Notes under the pieces: model-generated | What the model was told of the DNA's origin: nothing | Databases searched by the model: none | The model's input: only the letters and a program-made list of their open reading frames with translations | Translations under genes and position numbers: made by a program | Shown: in pieces, positions 1-11,424 of the stretch | How positions within the stretch are numbered: the stretch's first letter is position 1 | Layout of the letters: every line of letters starts with the position of its first letter | NCBI GenBank assembly: GCA_963730935.1 | Contig: CAVSTP010000002.1 | Coordinates: forward strand, 32,001-96,000 | Direction of reading: 5' to 3' | Source: an uncultured Nitrospiraceae bacterium | GTDB lineage: Bacteria; Nitrospirota; Nitrospiria; Nitrospirales; Nitrospiraceae | Length of the DNA: 64,000 bases

Positions 1-299
1 ATCACATCTCCGATCGCCGCCGCGGGCATGAGCGCGCCGGCAAATCCAGCGGAAATCGCCAAGGCCGCGCGATGCCGATTCAAGACCGCGCTCGCCGCGG
101 CGTCCGCCGCCTCCGGTCCGAGGCCCGTGGGAACAAGCCAATAAGCTCGACCGGCATGCCGGCCGGTGAAACAGCTGACACCGTCGATGGCGATCCGTCG
201 TTCGACGGGCATGGCGCGCCGTATGGCGGCCAACTCCCATCGTGTCGCGGCGAACAGAACGACGGTACTGGAAGAGGAAATCACCGAAGGATTGGGCAT
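1..299 (-). CDS. hpnG: Hopanoid-associated nucleoside phosphorylase (HpnG-like), 5' part only, runs off the window
   Basis: Manual translation from ATG 299: MPNPSVISSSSTVVLFAATRWELAA...TGLGPEAA...AISAGFAGAL...IGDV, PNP/MTA-nucleosidase-type motifs; directly downstream of shc. Confidence 0.7.
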   Translation of the reverse strand, partial: MPNPSVISSSSTVVLFAATRWELAAIRRAMPVERRIAIDGVSCFTGRHAGRAYWLVPTGLGPEAADAAASAVLNRHRAALAISAGFAGALMPAAAIGDV

Positions 300-326
300 C
301 AATGAATGACGTCGGCCGACGTTGGC

Positions 327-2489
327 TCAACGATCGAACCGGTAGCACCCAGTCGTCAGCATTTGATCCCGCACTTCGTCGGCTCGCATTCTGCTGCGCG
401 TTCGCAGATTGCGATACATCGCGAGTGCCCATAGTGGGAAATACTGACAGTACCAGTGATAGCGAAGGTAGAACACTCGGGGGAACCCGGTACCAGTATG
501 CCGCACCTCTTCCCACGAACCGTCCTTCATCTGATGGCGAAGCAGGTAGTGAATGCCCCTCGCCACGCTGAATGAGTCCGACATGCCGGCCGACATGAGT
601 CCGAGCAGGGCCCAGGCCGTTTGCGACGGAGCGCTATCGCCTTTGCCGGCGAAGGCCGGATCCCCATAGGACAGACACGACTCGCCCCACCCGCCGTCCG
701 GATTTTGTCTGGATTCGAGCCAAGTGACCGCACGCCGGATATACGGCTGTGACAGGTCTTCACCGATTGCACGAAGACCGGCAAGCACGGACCAGGTGCC
801 ATAGATGTAGTTCACGCCCCAGCGCCCGTACCAACTGCCGTCCAGCTCTTGTTCATGCTTGAGGAACGCGAGCGCCGGTGCCACGGCCGAATGCGACCGG
901 TCATACCCAAGGGCGGCCAGCATTTCCAGACATCGTCCGGTCAAATCGGCGGTGCTAGGATCGAGCAACGCATGGTGATCGGCAAAGGGGATATAGTTGA
1001 AGACGATCCGATTATTGTCCTTGTCGTAGGCGCCCCACCCGCCGTCGGAGCCTTGCATCGCCACCACCCATGCGGCGCCCCGTCGAATCGAGTCCTGAAG
1101 CTCGGCCGGCTCGGGCATCTTCACCTTGGACAGCGCCATCAGCACCACCGCCGAATCATCGACATCGGGGTAGAGCTCATTTTCGTGCTGGAAGTACCAT
1201 CCGCCTGGTTCGGCCTGCGGAGCGGAGACGATCCAGTCGCCAACGGTCTTCGTCTGCCGCGACATCAAATACGCGGCTCCTCGCTGCAACACCGGATGGT
1301 CCTGCGGCATGCCGGCCTCGACGAACGCGTTCATTAGGAGCGACGTATCCCAAATCGGCGAGTGGCACGGCTGCAAATGCAAGGCCTCGAGCCGTTGATC
1401 GCCGATGGACACCATATCGTAGATTTCGAGATCTTCGATTTCCCTGAGCGCCTTGCGCACCAAAGGATCGTCGGCCTGATAACCCAGGCACTGCAGCGCC
1501 ATGATGGAATTCGCCATGGCCGGATAGATCGCCCCCAACCCGCCGCTGCCTTTGATATGTTCCAGCATCCATGTCGCGGCGCGATGCAACGCCTTTTCGC
1601 GCAACCACATGAGCGGCATGTGGTCATAGAGTTTGAGCATTGCATCCAAGGCCACGAAGATGTTGTGCGGCGTGAGCCATTTTTGGTCTTTGTTGAACGG
1701 TGGATATTTCCAATAGCGAAGCTCGGTGCGGGGCACTGAATACAATTCCTCGATCCCCTGCTCCTTCGGGATGCGGCAGACCGGGCGGTGTGCGAACACG
1801 ATCAGCAATGGAATCAATACGGCCCGGGACCAATACGAGATCGCGTAGATGTTGAAGTAGAACCACTTGGGAAGGAACATCAGCTCGACCGGCATGTGCG
1901 GGATGCCTTCCCAATCGTATTGGTCGAACAGGGCCAGCGTGACTTTGGTGAACACATTCGCCTGGACAACGCCGCCTTTCTGACGGATGCAATTTCGTGC
2001 GCGCAGCATGAACGGTTCGTCCCCCGAAATGCCGCTGAGCTTGAGCGCGAAATAGGCCTTGACCGACGCGCTGATTTCCGAGGGACCGCCGTAGTAAATG
2101 GGCCAGCCCCCGTCCGGCAACTGTGCGGCGCGCAAATACCGGACGGCTTTGCGTTCGCGCTCAGGGTCCACGCGATCCAGTAAACGCCTGAGCATGAGAT
2201 ATTCCGCGGTCAGCGTGGTGTCGGCTTCAAGCTCCGCGACCCAATAGCCGTCCGCATGTTGCCGTGACAGAAACCAGGCTTGGCTGCGGCGCACGGCATC
2301 GTCGATGGCATCGAGCTGACTGCCCGCCTGCGCGGTGGCACGCCGGGATGGGGTCTCGAGGGCGATCGCCGACTTGTCGGAGACGAGGCGCAACGATGGC
2401 GGCGAAAGAGGTTCGGTACTGAACTTGTCTGGGACAGAAAGGAAAAAACTATCGGACAGGCGGTCGAGGATAGTTCGAATCAGATTCAT
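327..2489 (-). CDS. shc: Squalene-hopene cyclase
   Basis: DVDD catalytic motif (YPDVDDSA), multiple QW repeats (QLPDGGW, QGSDGGW, QNPDGGWGE). Start moved to ATG 2489, downstream of a promoter-like site. Confidence 0.95.
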   Translation of the reverse strand: MNLIRTILDRLSDSFFLSVPDKFSTEPLSPPSLRLVSDKSAIALETPSRRATAQAGSQLDAIDDAVRRSQAWFLSRQHADGYWVAELEADTTLTAEYLMLRRLLDRVDPERERKAVRYLRAAQLPDGGWPIYYGGPSEISASVKAYFALKLSGISGDEPFMLRARNCIRQKGGVVQANVFTKVTLALFDQYDWEGIPHMPVELMFLPKWFYFNIYAISYWSRAVLIPLLIVFAHRPVCRIPKEQGIEELYSVPRTELRYWKYPPFNKDQKWLTPHNIFVALDAMLKLYDHMPLMWLREKALHRAATWMLEHIKGSGGLGAIYPAMANSIMALQCLGYQADDPLVRKALREIEDLEIYDMVSIGDQRLEALHLQPCHSPIWDTSLLMNAFVEAGMPQDHPVLQRGAAYLMSRQTKTVGDWIVSAPQAEPGGWYFQHENELYPDVDDSAVVLMALSKVKMPEPAELQDSIRRGAAWVVAMQGSDGGWGAYDKDNNRIVFNYIPFADHHALLDPSTADLTGRCLEMLAALGYDRSHSAVAPALAFLKHEQELDGSWYGRWGVNYIYGTWSVLAGLRAIGEDLSQPYIRRAVTWLESRQNPDGGWGESCLSYGDPAFAGKGDSAPSQTAWALLGLMSAGMSDSFSVARGIHYLLRHQMKDGSWEEVRHTGTGFPRVFYLRYHWYCQYFPLWALAMYRNLRTRSRMRADEVRDQMLTTGCYRFDR

Positions 2490-2605
2490 GGGTTTTGAAG
2501 GGGCACGCACCGCAGTGGCGAGAACCCGAGACCTCAGATGGTTGCCTCTGGCCCCGCGGCACAGCAAGACATGTGACCCACCCACTTCTGGTTCTCGTTC
2601 GAGGG

Positions 2606-2634
2606 GATATAGCAGACGGTCTGACCGAAGTCAA
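2606..2634 (-). promoter_or_regulatory. Putative sigma70 promoter for shc
   Basis: Minus strand TTGACT-17-TATATC with TG extension. Confidence 0.5.
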
Positions 2635-2691
2635 GCAAACGAACGCGGAAGTCCTCTGAACTATGGGGGTTTTTGCCAGGTCTGTGTGTCC

Positions 2692-5600
2692 TCAAGCGGG
2701 CTGCAGATCGCTCAGCCGCACCGAAACGAGTTTTGAGATGCCGGGTTCCTCCATCGTGACCCCGAAGAGCGAGTCGGCAATCCCCATCGTCCGCTTGTTG
2801 TGAGTAATCACCATGAACTGGGCCCCTTGGGCTAGTTCGCAGAGCACAGTGGTGAACCGCCCGATATTCTCTTCGTCGAGCGGAGCGTCGATTTCGTCTA
2901 GGATACAGAACGGCGTGGGTCGGATGAGGAAGCTGGCAAACAGCAGCGCCATGGCCGTCAACGTCTTCTCTCCCCCGGACAGCATCGTGATGTTCTTCAG
3001 TCGTTTTCCCGGAGGTTGTGCGACGATCTCGACGCCGGGCTCCTGCGGCCCCTTCTGCTCCGCCTCTTCGTCCGGCGCCACCTCGACCAATTGCAGCTCA
3101 GCCCGGCCGCCGCGGAAAAACTTGGCAAACACTTCACTGAACTTTTCCTGGAGTTCGGCGAAGGTCGTAGCGAACATGTCTTTGGTCGTTCGGTTGATCC
3201 GTTGAATGATTTCCTTGAGCGATCCAATGGAAGTCGACAGATCCTGCTCCTGGGTCGACAAAAACCGGTGCCGCTCCTCCAGTTCCTGATGTTCATTGAT
3301 CGCGGCCAGATTGATCGGCCCCATGCGCTCGAGCCGCTCTCGGATCTTCTGCAGTTGTTGTCGCAGCTCTTCTTCCGTTGGGGAGGGTTGGGACGGCTCG
3401 TCCTCGCTGAGAAGGACGGGCGTGCCGGATTCCTCGATCGTTGCCGGATCCACCTGGTAGGTCCCTGACAAGGTCGATTCCACGGTCGCCAATTGTGTCC
3501 GGACCTCCGCTCGTTTCACTTCAATAATGAGACGAGATTCCTGGAGGCCCGAAAGCGTCTTCCGCACCTCGTCCAGGTTGGATTCCACCGCCTGAGCCTG
3601 CGCCATTTCCCGGGCCTGCCGCTCCTGCTCCTCCACTAACTGCGCCTTCAGGCGGTCCATCGAGTGGCCGATCTCGCGGCACAAGGTCTCCTGCCGCTCG
3701 CGCTCTGCGCGGCTCTGGGCCAGAGAAGCGGCCAAGGTTTCGACATGCTGATTCAAACTCTCGATTCGTCCGACCGTCTCCTGCTGTTCCTGGTGGACGC
3801 GCCCCAGATCAGCCTGGCGGTGTTCGCGTGTATTGCGGGTCCCCTGTACGCTCAGCTGAGCTTCCGTCAACCGTTGCTGCAGCTGATGCATCCCCTGATC
3901 CAACTGCGCGACCCGGCTGCGCACCGCCTGCAGTGCACCTTCCTGTCCGGTTTTTTCGGCGATCCATTGTGCCAACTGTGCCTGACCTGAGCGCGCGTCC
4001 TGCTCGAGGCGCTGGATTTCCAGAGAGCCCCGCTGCGCATCCCCCATCAACGTTTCGATCCGCTGAGTGAGATCTCCTAAGAACAGCTGCAATCCCGACG
4101 CATCCTTGTGCAGCGACAGGGCCTTCATTTCTTCTTCGCGCAAGGTTTCCGCAAGACGCCGCCCCTCCTCGCGCAACGATTGGCTCTGCGTCTGGAGCTC
4201 TTCCCGTCGTTGCCGGGCATGCTCCACTGCCGCGCTTAACGCCGTTCGCCGCTCCTCCAATTGCATCACTTCCCGACGGCGCTGCAAGAGTCCGCCGGTG
4301 GCGCCGGCCTGCCCGCCGGTCACCATTCCGGCCGCATCCAGGATCTCTCCGGCACGCGTGACGAACGTGGGCCCCTGGAGTTCGCCCCAGGACTTCTGCT
4401 CCCAGAGCGCCATCGCATCGTGCAATGTCTCGATGAACACCACGCCGTCGAACAGGTAATCGCGCGCGGCGACGCGCGAGCTATTGACCTCGATCAAATC
4501 GATCGCCCGCCCGATAATTCCTGGACGGTCCGCAAGCGCAGTCCACCACTCGTTCGACCTGGCGTTGACGGTCCATCGCGGTGTTTCGGGAATGAAGGTT
4601 CCGCGGCCGAGCTCTTTCTCGAGAAGAAAGGCGATGGCGCCGGAAGCGGACTGCGGCCCTTCGACACACCAGCCGCGGACGCGTTCTCCGAGGAGTGCTT
4701 CGACCCCCCGGTCCAAACCAGACGGCACGATCAACCATTCGGCCACCGCCTCCTGCACGCCTTGGCACGCCTTGAGCGCCGTCGTTTCTTCATTTCCAGG
4801 TCGGCCATAGCCCATGTCTTCCCGCAACACTCCCTGGAGTGCGCGGAGGTGCGACTCGACCGCCGCCAATTCCTCCGATTGCCCGGACAACGCCTGTTCG
4901 ACGGCCGTCAGGTCGCCCGCAATGGCCGTGGCATGCTGTTCCGTGTCTTGATGCTGCCGGCGGAGATCGAGCACGATCTGTTCGGCCGCCTGGCAAGCTT
5001 CCTGGAGCTGCTGCTGCTTGTCGAGGGCGGTGTCGTGCTGAGATTGAATGTCTTCTCGCTCGCGGGCGAGCCGCCCGTCACGGGCCGCGACCTCCTCGGT
5101 GCGGGCGGTTAACTGCACCACGCTTTGCTCGGCATTCGCCACTAAGACGGTCAAATTCAATACGTCCGTCCGGCCCCGCTCTTCCTCCTGCAGCGCCGCG
5201 GCCCGTTGCTGCAGCAAGCCTTTCATCTCGTGGTCCAGGGCGCCAAGCGCCTGCTCGCGTTCGTGGAAGTCCCGTTCAAGACGTTCCAGTTCCGTCAGCA
5301 AGGCGGCCTCGGCTTCCTTGGCCTGCGCTTGTTCGCGCGACAGCCGTTCACATTCTTCAAGGCCCTGCTGTCGCTGTTGTTCGTAGAGCTCGCTTTTATT
5401 CCGCTCGACTTCGGCAGCCGTCAGGGCTTGTGCCTGCTGCTGCTCGACTTGCGACACTTCTTCGCGCCGCTGATTGATCGCTAGACCGGCGTCTGTAATC
5501 GCCAATTTGATGCGTTCGAGTTCCGCGTGGAAGCGCGCCTGGTGAGCCGTCTGCTCGGATTCCTGTCCAGCCAGAGTCTCGAGCTCTCGCTCGATATCCG

Positions 5601-6351
5601 CAATCGTGCCGCGCAACCTGAGCAGTTCGTTCGTGAGCAATTGCACTTCGAGCGTCCGTGCTTCCTGCTGCAGCACTTGATACGACCGAGCCTGGCGCGC
5701 CTGCCGCTCCAGCGAGTTCAACTGCTTTTTGACTTCGGCGATGATGTCGCGGACGCGAAGGAGGTTTTGCTGCGTCGCATCCAATTTCCGAAGAGCCTCC
5801 GCTTTCTGTTTCTTATAGCGGACGATGCCGGCGGTTTCTTCGATCAGCTCACGGCGGTCCTGGGGCGAGGCATTGAGAATCTGGTCGATCTGTCCCTGGG
5901 CGATGACCGTGTGTCCCTTGGTTCCTGCCCTGGTATCGAGCAGGATGCTGCGGATGTCCTTCAAGCGGCACTGGGTCTTGTTGATGAGATATTCGCTGTC
6001 GCCGTTGCGATAGAGACGTCGCGTGATCATCAGGTCCTGGTATTCCGACAATTGGCTCGGCAGACCGTTCTGCCCTTGTACTTTGACCTGATCGAGCCCG
6101 CTGATCACCAACGACACCTCGGCCATCCCCAAGGGCTTCCGCAATTCGGTGCCATTGAAGATGACGTCTTCCATCTTTTCACTACGCAAAGTCTTGGTGC
6201 TCTGTTCTCCCAGCACCCAGAGGATCGCATCCACGACGTTGCTCTTGCCGCTTCCGTTCGGACCGACGATCGCCGTCACGCCGTTGGGAAACTCGATCCG
6301 GGCTTCGGCGAACGACTTAAACCCCACCATCTCAAGCGACTTGAGATACAT
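2692..6351 (-). CDS. smc: Chromosome segregation protein SMC
   Basis: [14 protein letters not shown] start, Walker [10 protein letters not shown], long coiled coils with hinge, LSGGEK signature, LDEIDAPLD Walker B. Confidence 0.96.
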   Translation of the reverse strand: MYLKSLEMVGFKSFAEARIEFPNGVTAIVGPNGSGKSNVVDAILWVLGEQSTKTLRSEKMEDVIFNGTELRKPLGMAEVSLVISGLDQVKVQGQNGLPSQLSEYQDLMITRRLYRNGDSEYLINKTQCRLKDIRSILLDTRAGTKGHTVIAQGQIDQILNASPQDRRELIEETAGIVRYKKQKAEALRKLDATQQNLLRVRDIIAEVKKQLNSLERQARQARSYQVLQQEARTLEVQLLTNELLRLRGTIADIERELETLAGQESEQTAHQARFHAELERIKLAITDAGLAINQRREEVSQVEQQQAQALTAAEVERNKSELYEQQRQQGLEECERLSREQAQAKEAEAALLTELERLERDFHEREQALGALDHEMKGLLQQRAAALQEEERGRTDVLNLTVLVANAEQSVVQLTARTEEVAARDGRLAREREDIQSQHDTALDKQQQLQEACQAAEQIVLDLRRQHQDTEQHATAIAGDLTAVEQALSGQSEELAAVESHLRALQGVLREDMGYGRPGNEETTALKACQGVQEAVAEWLIVPSGLDRGVEALLGERVRGWCVEGPQSASGAIAFLLEKELGRGTFIPETPRWTVNARSNEWWTALADRPGIIGRAIDLIEVNSSRVAARDYLFDGVVFIETLHDAMALWEQKSWGELQGPTFVTRAGEILDAAGMVTGGQAGATGGLLQRRREVMQLEERRTALSAAVEHARQRREELQTQSQSLREEGRRLAETLREEEMKALSLHKDASGLQLFLGDLTQRIETLMGDAQRGSLEIQRLEQDARSGQAQLAQWIAEKTGQEGALQAVRSRVAQLDQGMHQLQQRLTEAQLSVQGTRNTREHRQADLGRVHQEQQETVGRIESLNQHVETLAASLAQSRAERERQETLCREIGHSMDRLKAQLVEEQERQAREMAQAQAVESNLDEVRKTLSGLQESRLIIEVKRAEVRTQLATVESTLSGTYQVDPATIEESGTPVLLSEDEPSQPSPTEEELRQQLQKIRERLERMGPINLAAINEHQELEERHRFLSTQEQDLSTSIGSLKEIIQRINRTTKDMFATTFAELQEKFSEVFAKFFRGGRAELQLVEVAPDEEAEQKGPQEPGVEIVAQPPGKRLKNITMLSGGEKTLTAMALLFASFLIRPTPFCILDEIDAPLDEENIGRFTTVLCELAQGAQFMVITHNKRTMGIADSLFGVTMEEPGISKLVSVRLSDLQPA

Positions 6352-6446
6352 GCCCTGCTCCTTTGGTAGTTGATCGGATGGCGACAAGACCAGGCGAGAT
6401 CACGGACGGGTTATGTAGCACAGCCCTGGAGAGAAATCAAAGAAAA

Positions 6447-6494
6447 ATACCGCAGGTAGTGGATGGCCTGGAGACCAACTACAACATTTGGGGA
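6447..6494. promoter_or_regulatory. Possible tandem NrdR-like boxes upstream of smc
   Basis: Two imperfect 16-mers ATACCGCAGGTAGTGG (6447) and CTACAACATTTGGGGA (6479), 32 bp apart, next to a TTGATT-17-TACATA promoter-like site (6440-6412). Confidence 0.35.
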
Positions 6495-6507
6495 AGGCTG
6501 AGAAGGG

Positions 6508-7470
6508 CTATCGGGCTGGCGCTGTCACAGACTTGCTCGCAGGATCGATCGTGATCAGCTCCTTGGGGAGCAGAAACTCGACGTCCTCCTCAATGACGGT
6601 AAGATCTTCGACATCGGCCGCGCCATACGGCTTCAAATACGTCACGACTTCCTCCACCAGCACCTCCGGCGCCGACGCCCCTGCGGTAATGCCGATGGCG
6701 TTGACGTCCTTGAGCCAGGCCGGATTGATGTCCGCCGCCGAATCGATCAAGTAGGAATCGATCCCGCAATGTTCGCCCAATTCGCGGAGACGGTTGGAGT
6801 TGGAGCTGTTCGGCGAGCCGATCACCAGGATGACGTCGACAAGCTTGGATAATTCCTTCACGGCGTTCTGCCGATTTTGCGTCGCGTAGCAGATATCTTC
6901 CTGGTGCGGCCCCTTGATGTGAGGGAACCGTCGGTGCAGCGCTCCGACGATGTCGCGGCATTCATCGACGCTGAGCGTGGTCTGCGTAACGTAGGACAAG
7001 TTCGTCGTATATTCGACATGCAACTGTTCGACGTCTTCGACGGAGGAAACAAGATGGAACTTGTCCGGCACCTGGCCCAGCGTCCCGATCACTTCCGGAT
7101 GGCCCGCATGCCCGATAAGAATAAGTTCATATCCCTGGGTATGATCCCGGTTGACCTCGTTGTGCACTTTGATGACTAACGGACAGGTGGCATCAATTAC
7201 ATGCAGCCGGCGACGATTGGCTTCCTCCCATACGCCCTTGGCGACGCCATGCGCGCTGAAAATGACCACAGAACCCTCGGGCACCTCGTTTAATTCTTCC
7301 ACAAAGACCGCGCCCTTCTGGCGCAGGGAATTGACAACGTGGCGGCTATGGACAATTTCATGGCGGACGTAGATCGGCGCTCCATACTTCTTGAGCGAGA
7401 GATCGACAATGTCAATGGCCCGGTCGACGCCGGCGCAAAAGCCACGTGGATTGGCGAGGTAGATCTTCAT
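6508..7470 (-). CDS. ispH: 4-hydroxy-3-methylbut-2-enyl diphosphate reductase
   Basis: [44 protein letters not shown] motifs. Confidence 0.97.
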   Translation of the reverse strand: MKIYLANPRGFCAGVDRAIDIVDLSLKKYGAPIYVRHEIVHSRHVVNSLRQKGAVFVEELNEVPEGSVVIFSAHGVAKGVWEEANRRRLHVIDATCPLVIKVHNEVNRDHTQGYELILIGHAGHPEVIGTLGQVPDKFHLVSSVEDVEQLHVEYTTNLSYVTQTTLSVDECRDIVGALHRRFPHIKGPHQEDICYATQNRQNAVKELSKLVDVILVIGSPNSSNSNRLRELGEHCGIDSYLIDSAADINPAWLKDVNAIGITAGASAPEVLVEEVVTYLKPYGAADVEDLTVIEEDVEFLLPKELITIDPASKSVTAPAR

Positions 7471-7589
7471 GAACGTCCCTTTCTGAGCCTCGATATCCCA
7501 CCTACCTTACGTGAGTTAATAAGGTTCCGTCAACAGAATAGCCCCAGCCGCCGGTCCGGTTCCGCCTGTTTTTTCAAGCGCCTGCGCGC

Positions 7590-7618
7590 TTGACACCGCT
7601 TGCCTCGCCCCGTACGCT
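7590..7618 (+). promoter_or_regulatory. Putative sigma70 promoter for phoB-phoR
   Basis: TTGACA-17-TACGCT, 13 nt before ATG 7632. Confidence 0.55.
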
Positions 7619-7631
7619 GGTCCCACCTTCC

Positions 7632-8330
7632 ATGGCCAGTGCCGCCGCCAAGAAAATTCTGATCATCGAAGACGAGAAGGATATTCTCCAGTTGGTCAAG
7701 CTGTACCTGGAAAAGGAAGGCTACCGTGCCGTCACTGCCGCCACGGGGACCGAAGGGCTGGACAGCGCGAAGCAGCACAAACCCGACCTCATCGTGCTCG
7801 ATTTGATGCTCCCGGAAATCGACGGCCTCGAGGTCTGCAAACGCCTGCGGTCGGCGCCGGAGACCGCAATGCTGCCGATCATCATGTTGACGGCCAAAGC
7901 CGAGGAAACGGACCAGGTCATCGGTCTCGAGCTGGGGGCTGACGACTACGTCACGAAACCTTTCAGCCCGAAGGCGCTCGTGGCGCGAGTCAAAGCCCTC
8001 TTGCGCCGAGTCGATCGCAGCCGGCAGGAGACCCAGACCTCCTATCAGTACGGCAAGCTCTCGATGGACTTGGACCGGCATGAAGTGACCGTGCAGGGCA
8101 AGGACGTGCCACTCACCGCCAAGGAGTTCGGCCTGCTGGAACATCTCCTGCGCCATCCCGGACGGGTTCTAACCAGGGAGGTGCTGCTCAATCAGGTGTG
8201 GGGCTACGATTACTTTGGCACCACTCGGACCGTCGACGTGCACGTCCGGAGACTTAAGCAAAAAATTCCGTTGCTCGACGAAGCGATCCTGTCCGTAAAA
8301 TCCCTCGGCTACAAACTCAAGGAACCGTGA
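7632..8330 (+). CDS. phoB: OmpR/PhoB-family response regulator (PhoB/PhoP-like)
   Basis: Receiver (IIEDE, LDLMLP, GADDYVTKPF) plus winged helix (TRTVDVHVRRL); next to PhoR-like kinase and pit. Confidence 0.8.
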   Translation: MASAAAKKILIIEDEKDILQLVKLYLEKEGYRAVTAATGTEGLDSAKQHKPDLIVLDLMLPEIDGLEVCKRLRSAPETAMLPIIMLTAKAEETDQVIGLELGADDYVTKPFSPKALVARVKALLRRVDRSRQETQTSYQYGKLSMDLDRHEVTVQGKDVPLTAKEFGLLEHLLRHPGRVLTREVLLNQVWGYDYFGTTRTVDVHVRRLKQKIPLLDEAILSVKSLGYKLKEP

Positions 8331-8358
8331 TCAGCACACTTCACCCGCCGTTTCCACA

Positions 8359-10194
8359 ATGACGCTTTCTATCCGTTGGAAAGTCGCCCTCGCCATCCTG
8401 TTTGCGCTGGTCTGCGGATTCGTCATCGCAGGCGTGCTGACCGCCCGCTCGCTGGCTGAGCAGGAACTGGCGCAATCCGAGCGGGCGCTGGAAGTCTCCA
8501 CAAATCTAATTGCCTTCGATCTCCGTCCCCTCGTGACGGGGTCGTCACCCTTGCCGCCGATGCCGCGGCTTCAATCGATGGTCCGGGAGTTGAGCCGTCG
8601 AGCGCACGCGCGTGTGACGCTCGTGGATGCCTCAGGCCGGGTGCGCGCCGACAGTGCGGTGCGTGACGAGGATCTGGCCGACATCGAGAACCATCGCACA
8701 AGGCCGGAAATCGAGCAGGCCATCGCCACCGGCGCCGGCACCGACCTTCGCGCCAGCCATACGACGGGCGAGCGGACGCTGTACCGGGCCGTTCGTCTCG
8801 ACGAGCCCACCCCCACATCGACGACGCTTTATCTGCGGCTTGGACTGCCGATGACCGCGCTGGACCAGGAACTGGCCACGCTCAAGCGCAATCTGACGCT
8901 GGCCTTCGGCAGTGCATTTTTGATCGCAGTCGCCTTGAGCATCTGGCTGGCCCGAAGTCTGACCAAACCCCTCTCGGACATGGCGACCGCAGCCCGGCAA
9001 CTTGCGGGAGGCAATCTGGCCGTGCATGTGGAGACCTCCGCCCGCGACGAGGTCGGTCTGCTGGCCCACACGCTGAATCACATGACGGAGGAATTGCGAT
9101 CCAAGATCGAGGAACTGTCCGAAGACCGCTCTCAGCTGCTGGCCATGCTCACCTCGATGGTTGAAGGCGTCATGGTCTTGGATTCCAAGGGACGCATTCT
9201 CCAAGTGAATCCGGCCTGGGAGCGGATGTTCGGCGTGACCAGAGCAGAGGCACGGGGACGGCAATCCTCCGACGTCTTCGCCCATCCAAAATTGAACGCC
9301 ACCGTTTCGGCCGTACTCGCAGCCCGAGCCGGGCAGGAAGCCGAAATCGTGTTGACCAACGGACGCTGTCTCAATGTCGAAGCCTCCGTGGCCGGGGGCG
9401 AGCAGGACAACGAAGCCTGCGCGGTCCTCGTGTTTCACGACATCACCGAACTTCGCCGGCTGGAACACATCAGAAAAGACTTCGTCGCGAACGTGTCGCA
9501 TGAGCTGCGCACTCCGCTTACGTCGATCAAGGGATACGTGGAAGCGCTGCTGGACGGCGGCAAGGATGACCCGGAGACGAGCGTGCGCTTTCTCGACATT
9601 ATTTTGAAGCAAAGCGACCGCCTCAATTTGATTCTCGAAGACCTGCTCCAACTCTCGAAAATCGAATCGGGCCAGGTCCAATTCAAACAGGAACCGTTGC
9701 ACATCGGCTCGGTAGTGGACCGCACCATTGCGATGATCAAGCCGCTTGCGGACAAGAAGCAACATCGGCTCCGCGCGCAAGTGGACGCCGACCTGCCGCT
9801 CATCAACGGCGATCAAGAGCGGCTGGTGCAGGTGCTCGCCAATCTTCTGGACAACGCGATCAAGTACACTCCGGAGGGAGGACAGATCACCGTGGCGGCC
9901 CGAAGAATTCCCGTTCTCGCCCATCGCACGGCCGACGGACCGCGCAAGGGGATCGAGCTCACAGTGACCGACACCGGGATCGGCATTCCCGAAAAGGATC
10001 GTCCCCGGGTCTTCGAGCGGTTCTATCGCGTGGACAAGGCCCGCTCGCGAGAACTCGGGGGCACCGGTCTCGGTCTCGCCATCGTCAAACACATCGTCGA
10101 GGGACATGGCGGCCAGATTCGCATGGAAGGCAATGTCCCGAACGGCAGCCGCTTCGTGGTCTGCTTGCCCGCCGAGCCGGAAGACCGGGATTAG
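8359..10194 (+). CDS. phoR: PhoR-like sensor histidine kinase (TM, HAMP, PAS, HisKA, HATPase)
   Basis: DFVANVSHELRTPLT H-box, NLLDNAIKY, DTGIGI, FERFYRVDKARSR, GGTGLGL. Confidence 0.85.
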   Translation: MTLSIRWKVALAILFALVCGFVIAGVLTARSLAEQELAQSERALEVSTNLIAFDLRPLVTGSSPLPPMPRLQSMVRELSRRAHARVTLVDASGRVRADSAVRDEDLADIENHRTRPEIEQAIATGAGTDLRASHTTGERTLYRAVRLDEPTPTSTTLYLRLGLPMTALDQELATLKRNLTLAFGSAFLIAVALSIWLARSLTKPLSDMATAARQLAGGNLAVHVETSARDEVGLLAHTLNHMTEELRSKIEELSEDRSQLLAMLTSMVEGVMVLDSKGRILQVNPAWERMFGVTRAEARGRQSSDVFAHPKLNATVSAVLAARAGQEAEIVLTNGRCLNVEASVAGGEQDNEACAVLVFHDITELRRLEHIRKDFVANVSHELRTPLTSIKGYVEALLDGGKDDPETSVRFLDIILKQSDRLNLILEDLLQLSKIESGQVQFKQEPLHIGSVVDRTIAMIKPLADKKQHRLRAQVDADLPLINGDQERLVQVLANLLDNAIKYTPEGGQITVAARRIPVLAHRTADGPRKGIELTVTDTGIGIPEKDRPRVFERFYRVDKARSRELGGTGLGLAIVKHIVEGHGGQIRMEGNVPNGSRFVVCLPAEPEDRD

Positions 10195-11183
10195 ACGAAT
10201 ACCGACATGATCAGATAGATAATCGTCGAGAGCAGCCCAGCCCCAGGCAGGGTAAACAGCCACGCATACAGGATTCGCCGCGTCACCCCCCACCGCACCG
10301 CTGAAAGCCGTTTGATCGCGCCGACGCCCATCACGGACGAGGTAATGGTGTGCGTCGTGCTGACCGGCAGCCCGATATGGGCTGTGAACATCAGGACGGT
10401 GGCGGCGCCGGTCTCGGCGGCAAAGCCGTGGACCGGTTCGAGCTTCACAATATTCATTCCCAGCGTGCGCACAATCCGCCAACCGCCGGCGGCCGTGCCC
10501 AATCCCATCGCCACCGCACACGCACCGATCACCCACGTCGGCACCTCGGCCGACGGAATCTGTCCGGCCGTGAGCAGCGCCAGCGTAATGATGCCCATGG
10601 CCTTTTGGGCGTCGTTCGCACCATGGCTGAACGCCATGAAACAGGCAGAGATTAACTGCAGCCGTTTGAAGAGCCGAGTGGCGACCGAGCGGGTCACGCG
10701 AAAGAACAGCCAGCTGATGAGGACCATGAAGGTCAGGCCTATCGCAAAGCCGAAAAACGGGGACAACACCATCGCTTCCAAGACGGAGCGCAAACCAGTC
10801 AGTTTCACGGTTTCCCAGCCGCCGTGCGTAACGGCAGCCCCCACCATCCCTCCGATAAGCGCGTGCGAAGAGCTCGTTGGCAAGCCCAGCATCAGCGTGA
10901 AGAGGTTCCAGCAGATCGCACCAGCCAGCGCTGCAGCCACCATGTGCTGCGTGACACCGGCCGGATCCACGATGCCCGATCCCACCATCTTCGCCACCGC
11001 CGTAGACATGAAGGCCCCGGCCACGTTGAGCAGACCCGCAACAATGACGGCCACAAAGGGACTGATGACTCGCGTCGAGACCACAGTGGCAATTGCATTG
11101 GCACTGTCGTGCCATCCGTTCGAAAAATCGAACAGCAGCGCCAACACAACGACCAGGAGCAACATTCCGGTAAGTTCAGGCAT
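10191..11183 (-). CDS. pit: Inorganic phosphate transporter, PiT family
   Basis: NGWHDSANAIAT and HGANDAQK signatures, PTSSSH and PVSTTH; hydrophobic. Confidence 0.92.
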   Translation of the reverse strand: MPELTGMLLLVVVLALLFDFSNGWHDSANAIATVVSTRVISPFVAVIVAGLLNVAGAFMSTAVAKMVGSGIVDPAGVTQHMVAAALAGAICWNLFTLMLGLPTSSSHALIGGMVGAAVTHGGWETVKLTGLRSVLEAMVLSPFFGFAIGLTFMVLISWLFFRVTRSVATRLFKRLQLISACFMAFSHGANDAQKAMGIITLALLTAGQIPSAEVPTWVIGACAVAMGLGTAAGGWRIVRTLGMNIVKLEPVHGFAAETGAATVLMFTAHIGLPVSTTHTITSSVMGVGAIKRLSAVRWGVTRRILYAWLFTLPGAGLLSTIIYLIMSVFV

Positions 11184-11297
11184 GGTGGACGGCGATCGAT
11201 GAAGCGTGAAGGATGGTGAATAACAGCTGATCGACGAGTGACAACAGAACAGTCAATTCCGTCCCGAGGCTCACAGGGGTGTCACACATGAAGATTG

Positions 11298-11424
11298 GCA
11301 GGATGTTCAAAAAGGCCGTCCGGCGAGGCCGCAGTGAGCGAGGAGGCGAGGGCGTACTCTTTTCGGTACGTCGAACCTCCGAGCGACGCGAGAACAAAGC
11401 TGGCGGCTTTTTTCAACATCCTGC
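11298..11424. repeat. Palindromic interspersed element (MITE/REP-like), copy A
   Basis: Terminal inverted repeats GCAGGATGTTCAAAAAGGCC...GGCTTTTTTCAACATCCTGC, central CGTAC-N8-GTACG; homologous to copies at 14154, 14357, 16540 and 46314. Confidence 0.85.

Noticed and set aside
8632..11115. 827-aa minus-strand ORF across pit and phoR
   Set aside because: Off-frame and antisense shadow with low-complexity composition and no recognisable domain
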